A program made the translations under genes and the position numbers. The notes under the pieces are model-generated. The model saw only the letters and a program-made list of their open reading frames with translations, did not search any database and had not been told where the DNA came from. Positions 56,441 to 64,000 of a DNA stretch of 64,000 nucleotides are shown here, piece by piece (the first letter of the stretch is position 1; each line of letters opens with the position of its first letter). The DNA is taken from the IMG/VR virus record IMGVR_UViG_3300022602_000001, one strand, 5' to 3'. This stretch comes from a virus.

Positions 56441-57324
56441 TGGGCAACAAATTTTCTGTCCAATTTTTCTCCCAAAGGATGCTGTCAGAGGACGAGCACC
56501 CAGACGTTGTTTTTTCTATGAGCAACGAGGGACTCGCCACTCTTTTAAACAACGACTACAGAGGAAAGTTCAAGCCAATAGACGGATCTGGGAGCGCCTA
56601 CTACTGCATGAAGAACGACGACTTTGATGCATTCATAGACCAGGCATCACAGTACGTAAGAAAGCCGATGGACTACGTTGAAATTAAGAACGACATGAGG
56701 CCAGACGCCGACCTTGGATACGAGCCAAAGCCTGGCGCCCTAAAAGAGGACGCAGCTCCAGCTTCCACAACAGGCACTGGAGCATCATTTTCTTCTGGAA
56801 CGGGCGAGCAGTACGCTCCTGGGCTGGACGTTTCAAAGAAGAAGCACTCTGGCAGCAAAAAAACAAAGAGGGAGTCAAACGACTACTCTCAAAGATATCA
56901 AGGTACTCAGACGACAGTCAGTGAAAAGAAGAACCAGGACGTGGAGCCAAAGCTGGCAGCTGGCAATGCAAAAAATTATGCAAAGGACAAGATGGGCTGG
57001 ACTCCAGCGCCAAAGATACCAAACAGGCCAACAAAGGGAGGATTCATCTACAATGAACTTTGGGAGCATGAGGAAAACGGCAGAGTTCTTGAGGAGGGGT
57101 CTTTGAAGAGAGAAATAAAAGTCAGGAACGAAAAGCAGCAGTACCGTGAGGCTATAAAACTTGCAAAGAAGAAGCTGTCCGAGGCAAACAAAATACTGGA
57201 AATTTCCGAAAAAATAAAAGAGGAGTTTCCCAATGGGCCGTTCTACGAGTCCAGGTCAAAGAAGGTCAGCGAAGGGCTAAAGTCCCAGGTGGCAGAGATA
57301 TACAAAAGAATAAAAAGGTTGTGA
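56437..57324 (+). CDS. Putative prohead core/internal protein
   Basis: Multiple LxE sites; located between portal and protease. Confidence 0.6.
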   Translation: MMGNKFSVQFFSQRMLSEDEHPDVVFSMSNEGLATLLNNDYRGKFKPIDGSGSAYYCMKNDDFDAFIDQASQYVRKPMDYVEIKNDMRPDADLGYEPKPGALKEDAAPASTTGTGASFSSGTGEQYAPGLDVSKKKHSGSKKTKRESNDYSQRYQGTQTTVSEKKNQDVEPKLAAGNAKNYAKDKMGWTPAPKIPNRPTKGGFIYNELWEHEENGRVLEEGSLKREIKVRNEKQQYREAIKLAKKKLSEANKILEISEKIKEEFPNGPFYESRSKKVSEGLKSQVAEIYKRIKRL

Positions 57325-57359
57325 TGCTCCAATTTTCGTAAAAGTGTCACGGCACGTCA

Positions 57360-57367
57360 ATATTTAT
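57360..57367 (+). promoter_or_regulatory. ATATTTAT putative late promoter
   Basis: 4 nt before ATG 57372. Confidence 0.55.
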
Positions 57368-57371
57368 TAGC

Positions 57372-58733
57372 ATGACAACAGCAGCAAATTTGTACAAGCA
57401 GTTGAAGGAGGGAAAGATAAGCAAATCAAAATTCCTCTGCGAGGTTAGAAAGGACGAGGGGCTTCCCTTCATAACCAACATGACCTCATTCAAGGATGCA
57501 GAGCAGATGTTAAAAAACAAGAACATCATAAAGGAGTGGTCAAAGGAAGACCAGGAGACGACCTACCTAATAGACAAGCTGAACCCTTACAGGTTCAAGA
57601 GGGCCATGTACGCTGAGATGAAGAAGTTGGGAAGCGGACCCTTTGACGATTCTGTTTACATAAAGATCAGAGAAAAGGTTGCAAAAAAGATGGCAGCCGA
57701 TCCAATGGCCTACAGAGAGGAGGAGTTCATGAACTCCGACGACATAAAAAAGAAGGACGAAAAGCTCAAGTGGGTGGAAGTGAAGAAGGACAACCTTGTG
57801 GACAAGGCGCGCCAAATGTCAAAAATTAAAGGACAAGAATCTTTAAAAGCCCAAAAGTCCCCAAAGACAGAGAACAGAAAGGGAAAGCCAAAGGGAGTGA
57901 AGGAGATGACGACCAGGGCAAAAAAGGCCAAGGGAATAGCTGAGGTGATGCCTGAAACAAAGAAGGAGAGGGTGGTTGAGAGCCTGTTCGGAGAAATCTT
58001 CAAAAAAAAAATTCATCTAGCTGAGGACACCCACCACAGGTTTGGAATGGGCCAGGCAGTCCCTCTTCCTGAAAAGGACAGGGCCGCATTTGGGTGCGAC
58101 CACGGAACCATAAAGGACATAAAGGGAGGAACTCTGTACCTGGAGCTAGAGGTGACGGACGAGCAGGGCCAGCCATTGGTCATTTCAAGGCAGATAAATG
58201 CAATAGAGCACGGACTGGGAGGAAAGCCCCAGGTTCAAAAAGAATCTGTGAAGGAGCCGGTGACCAACTCAAGCGGCCACGCCCTGACGACAGGACAGGA
58301 GGTGATCAACGGAGACGGAGAAAAGGTGAGAATAGATGGATTCATCAGAGAAAAAAATGGAAAGGTGGATGCACTGATAAAGAGCTCAAGCACAATGTTC
58401 AACCACAGAGTCGACGTGGACACCCTGTCTCCCGTTAAAAAAGAGGAGCCAAAATCAAACGCATTCAGCAGGCTTCCAAACTTGGGAGGAGCAGGGCAGA
58501 GCTGGTTGAGCAGCATGGCGTCAAAGCAGCCAGAGGACGGAAAGATGAATAGGCTCGTTAGTAGGCTTAGGGAGATCTCAAAGCAGAACAAAAGAACAGG
58601 CAAAGAATCAGCTCAACAGATGAACGAGGACGGAGAGAACGACCAGTTGAACATTCCGCAAGTGTCCTCGAACGACAAGCAGACCCAGGAAAAATTAAAA
58701 CAGCAAAAGAAGCCATTCACAATATACAAATGA
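57372..58733 (+). CDS. Putative prohead core/internal protein
   Basis: Charged 453-aa protein with LxE sites, directly upstream of the protease. Confidence 0.6.
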   Translation: MTTAANLYKQLKEGKISKSKFLCEVRKDEGLPFITNMTSFKDAEQMLKNKNIIKEWSKEDQETTYLIDKLNPYRFKRAMYAEMKKLGSGPFDDSVYIKIREKVAKKMAADPMAYREEEFMNSDDIKKKDEKLKWVEVKKDNLVDKARQMSKIKGQESLKAQKSPKTENRKGKPKGVKEMTTRAKKAKGIAEVMPETKKERVVESLFGEIFKKKIHLAEDTHHRFGMGQAVPLPEKDRAAFGCDHGTIKDIKGGTLYLELEVTDEQGQPLVISRQINAIEHGLGGKPQVQKESVKEPVTNSSGHALTTGQEVINGDGEKVRIDGFIREKNGKVDALIKSSSTMFNHRVDVDTLSPVKKEEPKSNAFSRLPNLGGAGQSWLSSMASKQPEDGKMNRLVSRLREISKQNKRTGKESAQQMNEDGENDQLNIPQVSSNDKQTQEKLKQQKKPFTIYK

Positions 58734-59368
58734 TAAGCAAACAACTTCTCATAGAGCACTCTCTTTTCCATCCAATGTCCCCCTTGAACGAGGGAGCAAG
58801 GAGCAGAAACGGAAACATGGTTGTGATGGGCCAGGTTCAAGCAAGCGACAAGCCCAACGCAAACAAGAGGATATATCCGTACGACATACTGGAAAAGCAG
58901 GTGGAAAAGTACATGTTGGGTCCAATAAAGGAAAACAGGGCCTTGGGAGAACTCGACCACCCTGAATCTTCTGTAATAAACCTAAAGAACGTCAGCCACA
59001 ACATAATAGACCTCTGGTGGCAGGGAAAGGACCTCTATGGAAAGATTGAGGTGCTTCCGACTCCATCGGGAAACATACTCAGGCAACTGTTCGAGAACAA
59101 CATAACGGTTGGAATTTCTTCTAGAGCAATGGGATCAGTGTCCCCAATAGGAGAGGGGATAGTAAAGGTGGAGGACGACCTCGACCTAATATGTTGGGAC
59201 TTTGTGTCCACACCATCCACCTACGGCGCCTACATGAAGCCTGTGGGAAGCAGGGGGCTTCAGGAGTCCTACGACAGGACCGTCAAGCTCGAGGACAAGT
59301 ACTCAAGAGCAAACAAAATGATCTCAGAGATCATCTGCACGCTAAGCGGCGTCTGCTGCATAAACTAA
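58730..59368 (+). CDS. Prohead core protease (T4 gp21-like)
   Basis: N.N.RIY, ALGELDHP, VSH, TPSG, GISSR..GS, D.V..PS..GA. Confidence 0.95.
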   Translation: MISKQLLIEHSLFHPMSPLNEGARSRNGNMVVMGQVQASDKPNANKRIYPYDILEKQVEKYMLGPIKENRALGELDHPESSVINLKNVSHNIIDLWWQGKDLYGKIEVLPTPSGNILRQLFENNITVGISSRAMGSVSPIGEGIVKVEDDLDLICWDFVSTPSTYGAYMKPVGSRGLQESYDRTVKLEDKYSRANKMISEIICTLSGVCCIN

Positions 59369-59407
59369 AAATTTTTTTTTGATGGGCAAATTCTCAATTG
59401 AGCCCAT

Positions 59408-59519
59408 ATATTTATTGTTACATGCACCACTGAAAATCTACAATGCGGTGCTAACAGCGTAACAAACCCATATTGCTTTGTCTCCAATAAGCAATCAGAA
59501 TTAACAAATAACTATTTAC
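59408..59519 (+). promoter_or_regulatory. Late motif plus structured ~100-nt leader of the scaffold/MCP operon
   Basis: ATATTTAT at 59408-59415; paired segments ttgttac/gtaacaa, gcacc/ggtgc, attgctt/aagcaat. Confidence 0.5.
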
Positions 59520-60782
59520 ATGCAAGAGAACTTGTACAAACAGGCTATTGCTGATGCAAAGGCATTGAGAGCTAGTGCAATTGCCAATGCAAAAGCAGCA
59601 CTTCAAGAAACGTTTGCTCCCCAGGTGGAGGCGATCGTAAAACAATCTTTAAGGGAAGAGGCAGAAGACGAGCTGGAAGAATCAGCCGACGAGGAGCCCA
59701 TCGAAAAAGATGCAAGAAAAAAATTGGGCATCAGAGGAGAGATGGGAAGCAAGTACAGCGACACCTACACCCAAAAGGCAAAAAAATTAGGTGATGGCGA
59801 CTATCCAGAGGACCTGGACGAGGAAGAAAAAATGGAAGAGGCTCGCAGAAAAAAGCACCACGAAAAAATTGAGGAGCGCAAGCGCCACAAAAAGATGGAA
59901 GAAAGGCGCCACAAAGTGGAAGAGTCAGAAGAAGAACTCGAAGAGTCCGAGGAAGAAATGGACGAAGATTCTTTGGAAGAAATTCTAAGAGAGTTGGAAG
60001 AAATGGACGAGGACCAGGAAGAGGAAGAAGAGGGCCACCACTTGGAGGAGGAAGAAGAGGAGTCAGAAGAAGAACCAGAGGAGGAGCACGAAAACGAGGA
60101 CGATGAAGAGATTGTTTTGACCTTTGGCCAACTTAAGCAGGCCCTTGAGCCGTTCATCGGCGGAGAGGGAGACGAAGAGGGCGGTGAAGAGTCTGACGTT
60201 GACCTCGATGAGATTCTTGGTGAGGACGACCACGTTGGTATGGAAGAAGGCCTTCACGACACGATCAAAAAGGTTGGAACTGCAGTAAAGTCTGGCATCA
60301 AAAAGGCCAAGGACTACTACAAGCAGGAGCTGTCTCCAAATAGCGTGAAGCAGGGTGGAAAATACCACGGTCGCCATGCAACTCTGTCTTCAAACTTTGA
60401 AGAGGCTAAAAAAATGGAGGAGCGCAAGCACAAGAAGGAGATGGAGGAGGCCAAAAAGGCCATAGAGGAGCTGAGAGGCTCTTTGAACGAGGTCAACCTT
60501 TTGAATGCCAAGCTGCTCTACATGAACAGAATCTTCAAGGCAAAATCCTTGACGGAGTCTCAGAAGGTAAAGGTTGTAGGTGCATTTGACAGAGCATCAA
60601 ACGTGAAAGAGGTGAAGAACATCTATGCAACCCTCAACGAGTCAATAACATCAAAAAAAAGGCAATTGAGAGAGAACTACAACGGTTTTGCCTCAAAGCC
60701 TTCCGGCACAGCGCAGAGACAACTGATAACAGAGGCAGATCCCTTTGTTGCTAGAATGCAGAGGCTTGCCGGCATAAACTAA
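59520..60782 (+). CDS. Prohead scaffold protein (gp22-like)
   Basis: Very acidic coiled coil between protease and MCP; RMQRLAGI C-terminus. Confidence 0.85.
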   Translation: MQENLYKQAIADAKALRASAIANAKAALQETFAPQVEAIVKQSLREEAEDELEESADEEPIEKDARKKLGIRGEMGSKYSDTYTQKAKKLGDGDYPEDLDEEEKMEEARRKKHHEKIEERKRHKKMEERRHKVEESEEELEESEEEMDEDSLEEILRELEEMDEDQEEEEEGHHLEEEEEESEEEPEEEHENEDDEEIVLTFGQLKQALEPFIGGEGDEEGGEESDVDLDEILGEDDHVGMEEGLHDTIKKVGTAVKSGIKKAKDYYKQELSPNSVKQGGKYHGRHATLSSNFEEAKKMEERKHKKEMEEAKKAIEELRGSLNEVNLLNAKLLYMNRIFKAKSLTESQKVKVVGAFDRASNVKEVKNIYATLNESITSKKRQLRENYNGFASKPSGTAQRQLITEADPFVARMQRLAGIN

Positions 60783-60805
60783 AAAAAAACAAAAAACAAA
60801 AAAAC

Positions 60806-62521
60806 ATGGCAAACTTAGTACAAAATTTATTGAATGAATCTGCCCAAAACGCGCAGGCTGCACAGTTCACTGTGGCCCAGCGCTTGGCAAAAAAATGGGC
60901 AAAGTCCGGCCTGTTGGAAGGTCTTCAGGACTATGACCGCGCAAACATGTCAATGATACTTGAAAATCAGGCAAAGCAGCTGATCGTTGAGTCATCACAG
61001 ACCAACGGCAACGTGTCATCCGCAAACGGTGCAACCTTCACTCCAGGAAACGGTGAGCAGTGGGCTGGTGTGGCTCTTCCACTGGTTAGAAAGATATTTG
61101 GCCAGATAGCTGCAAAGGAGTTTGTTAGCGTTCAGCCGATGAACCTTCCTGCTGGCTTGGTGTTCTACCTTGACTTCCAGTACGGCGGCGCAAATGGCGT
61201 TAACTCTCCTTTTGGATACGCAGGCTCTGTGTACGGCGTGCAGTCTCAGAACTTTGGAAACTACGCGTCTGGCGGCCTTTACGGAGCTGGAAAGTACAAC
61301 TACTCATTGAACGCATTCTCTGCATCTGTGAGCGCTTCTTCAATTGCAACTTCTTCTCAGGTTCCTTACACGGCCATCAGCTTTGACGCAAACTACAGCG
61401 CATCTTTGGCCGCAGGTCAGATATTTACGCTGACCATCAACAGCGCTTCAGTGGCACTTCCAAACTTGAACTACAACGGCGTTAGAGCGTTTGAGTACAG
61501 CTCAGGATCTACCATCAGCATATCAAACTGCTTGAACCAATTCACAAAGTACACGGGCCTTCCAATACAGGGCGGAACAGACCAGATCACTTTTGTGTTC
61601 ACTGGTTCTCTGACAGGCACTCAGTACGGACTTCTTACTGGTTCTCAGACCAGCACAGTGTACTACAACAAGATGACAGACTTCAACGCAAGAGGTGACT
61701 TCGAGGACAGATCATCAAGTCAGGGCCTATCTGTGCCAAACGCTTACAGCCCATCTCAGATCTACATCCCAGAGGTGAACGTTCAGATGAAGTCACAGAC
61801 AATCTCTGCAAAGACCCGCAAGCTTAAAGCACAGTGGACTCCGGAGTTTGCTGTGGACCTGAACGCATACCACAGCTTGGACGCTGAGGCAGAGCTGACA
61901 GGGCTTTTGTCTGAGTACATCTCATTGGAGATCGACCTGGAGATCCTTGACATGTTGATCCAGAACTCACCAACCGTTCTTCAGTGGTCAGCAAAGATAG
62001 GTAACCAGATAGATCCAACCGGAACTTTCTTCCAGTCTAACACAGCTGGTGCCTACTACAACCAAATGACCTGGTTCCAGACCATAGGCATAAAGCTTCA
62101 GAAGGTGTCCAACCTGATCCACCAGCGCACGCTGCGCGGAGGTGCAAACTTCATGGTGGTTTCTCCTGCCGTTGCAACTATCCTGGAGTCAATCCCTGGA
62201 TTTGCTGCTGACACGGACGGTGCAGCTGACACAATGAAGTACGCCTTTGGAGTTCAGAAGATAGGAAGCTTGAACAGCCGCTACAAGGTTTACAAGAATC
62301 CTTACATGCTGGAGAACTTCATTCTGTTGGGCTTCAGGGGCAACCAGTTCTTGGAGTGCGGAGCGGTTTACTCTCCATACGTGCCTTTGATAATGACTCC
62401 GCTGATCTACGATCCGACAACGTTCACACCTCGTAAGGGGATAATGACGCGTTACGCGATGACCATGATCAGACCGGAATTTTATGGAGGCGTTCAGGTA
62501 GCAGACTTGAACATAGTGTAA
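60806..62521 (+). CDS. Major capsid protein (T4 gp23-like)
   Basis: LENQ, P.VR, VSVQPM..P.GLVF, AKTRKLKA.WT.E...DL.A.H..DAE.EL, EID.EI, YSPYVPL, F.P..G.MTRY. Confidence 0.97.
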   Translation: MANLVQNLLNESAQNAQAAQFTVAQRLAKKWAKSGLLEGLQDYDRANMSMILENQAKQLIVESSQTNGNVSSANGATFTPGNGEQWAGVALPLVRKIFGQIAAKEFVSVQPMNLPAGLVFYLDFQYGGANGVNSPFGYAGSVYGVQSQNFGNYASGGLYGAGKYNYSLNAFSASVSASSIATSSQVPYTAISFDANYSASLAAGQIFTLTINSASVALPNLNYNGVRAFEYSSGSTISISNCLNQFTKYTGLPIQGGTDQITFVFTGSLTGTQYGLLTGSQTSTVYYNKMTDFNARGDFEDRSSSQGLSVPNAYSPSQIYIPEVNVQMKSQTISAKTRKLKAQWTPEFAVDLNAYHSLDAEAELTGLLSEYISLEIDLEILDMLIQNSPTVLQWSAKIGNQIDPTGTFFQSNTAGAYYNQMTWFQTIGIKLQKVSNLIHQRTLRGGANFMVVSPAVATILESIPGFAADTDGAADTMKYAFGVQKIGSLNSRYKVYKNPYMLENFILLGFRGNQFLECGAVYSPYVPLIMTPLIYDPTTFTPRKGIMTRYAMTMIRPEFYGGVQVADLNIV

Positions 62522-62548
62522 ATGAACAAAAATCAGTAAGCTAAAAAT

Positions 62549-62582
62549 AAAATGCCCCAAGAAATTGGGGCATTTTTTATTC
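62549..62582 (+). terminator. Intrinsic terminator after MCP
   Basis: aaaatgccccaa-gaaa-ttggggcatttt + T run. Confidence 0.85.
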
Positions 62583-62652
62583 ACATTCTTTTATTATTTC
62601 ACTTTCACAGCATCTTTTTGTATAATTATAATTGAACCAAAAATAGGTGTGA

Positions 62653-64000
62653 ATGAAGAATTGTTTGAAGTGCGGAAAGGAACTAAGCAAACGTCAGGCC
62701 TACTACTGCTCCAACGAGTGCAAGCTGACCCACAGAGAGGGAATAGAGAAGAGGACAGGCAAACGCCCAAAGCAGGAGCCAAACAAAAGAGCAGTCTGCA
62801 GGATAGACGGAAAATCATTTAGGGACTTCAACAACTACTCAGGAGCTCTCTCAAAGCACTTGAGAAGCTTAGAAATAACTGAGTTCTCTGACGTCTTTGA
62901 GCACTTTGACGTGGTGGAAGAAGCCCCAACCACAGAGGAAAGGTGGCACTGCAAATACTGCAACTGGTCCACAAAGGACTCAAAAAACAAGTCGGGCTGT
63001 ATAACCAACCACATAAAATCCCACAAAATAACCATCCAGGACCACATGGACGATCACCCAGAGGACAAGGGCCTGTGGATCTACAGCCCAACCAAGGAGG
63101 TGAAGGACTACATACTTTTAAAGGACAGCGACTCCTACATAGAGTGCAGGGAGTGTGGAGAGAAGTTCAAGAGGCTCACAAAGACCCATCTAAAGTTCCA
63201 TGGACTGACCCTGAAGCAGTACAGAGCAAAGCACCAAATTGAAAATTTGACCAGCAAAACAACAATACAGAAGTTCAGAGACTCCTACAAAAAGCACACA
63301 AACAAAATAAACAGGGTAAAGAAGGTGTCGAAAATAGAGCTCGAGCTGGGAGAGTGGCTGAGGTCCTTGGGAGAGGAGGTGGAGTACTCAAACAGGAAAG
63401 TGATAGCTCCCTACGAGCTGGACGTATTTTTAAGAGCACACAACTTGGCAATTGAGGTAAACGGGCTGTACTGGCACAGCGAGGCCCACGGAAAGAAGCA
63501 CAAGAACTACCATTTGTCAAAGCTGGAAATGTGCGAAAAGGCAGGAGTGAGCCTGGTGCAAATATTTGACGACGAGTGGAAGGACAAGCAGGAAATCATC
63601 AAAAGCAAGATACTGAGCAAAATAGGCAGGTCAAAGACAAGGATTTATGCAAGAAACTGCTCAGTAAAGGAGATTGGCGACAAAAAGATAAAGTCTCAAT
63701 TTTTGAAAGCAAACCACGTCCAGTCGGACGACAGGTCAAAGGTGGCTCTGGGGCTGTACCACAAAGACGAGCTGGTGGCAGTAATGACGTTTGGCCCATT
63801 GAGGAGGGCGCTGGGACAGAGCAAAAAAGACGGACACTACGAGCTTGTAAGGTACTGCACGTCTGACTGCGTGGTGGGCGGCGCCTCAAAGCTGTTCAAG
63901 CATTTTTTGGCCCTGTACAGTCCTGACTCCGTTGTTTCCTACGCCGACAGGAGGTACTCTAGCTCTGTAAAGTCCACACTGTACGACAGCCTGGGCTTTA
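62653..64000 (+). CDS. Hef-like homing endonuclease (Zn fingers + Vsr-like domain + GNAT-like C-domain), partial
   Basis: Open frame to the window end, absent from the ORF track: MKNCLKC..YCS..C, SKIE, YELD, AIEVNGLYWHSE, IFDDEW, IYARNC, NH.Q, MTFG, EL.RYC, GGASKL, SYADRR. Confidence 0.85.
   Translation, partial: MKNCLKCGKELSKRQAYYCSNECKLTHREGIEKRTGKRPKQEPNKRAVCRIDGKSFRDFNNYSGALSKHLRSLEITEFSDVFEHFDVVEEAPTTEERWHCKYCNWSTKDSKNKSGCITNHIKSHKITIQDHMDDHPEDKGLWIYSPTKEVKDYILLKDSDSYIECRECGEKFKRLTKTHLKFHGLTLKQYRAKHQIENLTSKTTIQKFRDSYKKHTNKINRVKKVSKIELELGEWLRSLGEEVEYSNRKVIAPYELDVFLRAHNLAIEVNGLYWHSEAHGKKHKNYHLSKLEMCEKAGVSLVQIFDDEWKDKQEIIKSKILSKIGRSKTRIYARNCSVKEIGDKKIKSQFLKANHVQSDDRSKVALGLYHKDELVAVMTFGPLRRALGQSKKDGHYELVRYCTSDCVVGGASKLFKHFLALYSPDSVVSYADRRYSSSVKSTLYDSLGF

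Noticed and set aside
1-64000. tRNA or rRNA genes
   Set aside because: No cloverleaf with T-loop and D-loop signatures was recognised in the few intergenic gaps. A tRNAscan/Infernal run would be needed to exclude them.

Overview
This is a 64-kb segment of a large T4-like (jumbo-type) myophage genome. The host is probably Bacteroidota, inferred from TAnnTTT[A/G] promoter boxes and A-rich starts lacking Shine-Dalgarno sites. Layout: (1) 1-13.3 kb, + strand early/accessory region with a repeated ~44-bp promoter element and a family of 13 small M[KR]H... genes carrying LxxQ tetrad repeats; (2) 13.35-33.4 kb, - strand tail/baseplate block ending in a gp55-like sigma factor, an HD protein and a glutaredoxin; (3) primase and a fused gp47-gp46 (SbcD-SbcC) nuclease; (4) 37.7-48.1 kb, block of probable head-internal proteins containing five LRR paralogues with constant caps and variable, shuffled 20-aa modules; (5) head module: large terminase fractured by an atypically split intein with an endonuclease gene between the halves, portal with two cis-inteins, prohead protease, scaffold, major capsid protein, and a Hef-like homing endonuclease that runs off the window. 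Best candidates for new biology: the modular LRR repertoire with protease-type leaders, the M[KR]H mini-gene array with its promoter cassette, and the 34-aa/107-aa split TerL intein. All family names come from motifs recognised by eye; no database search was run.
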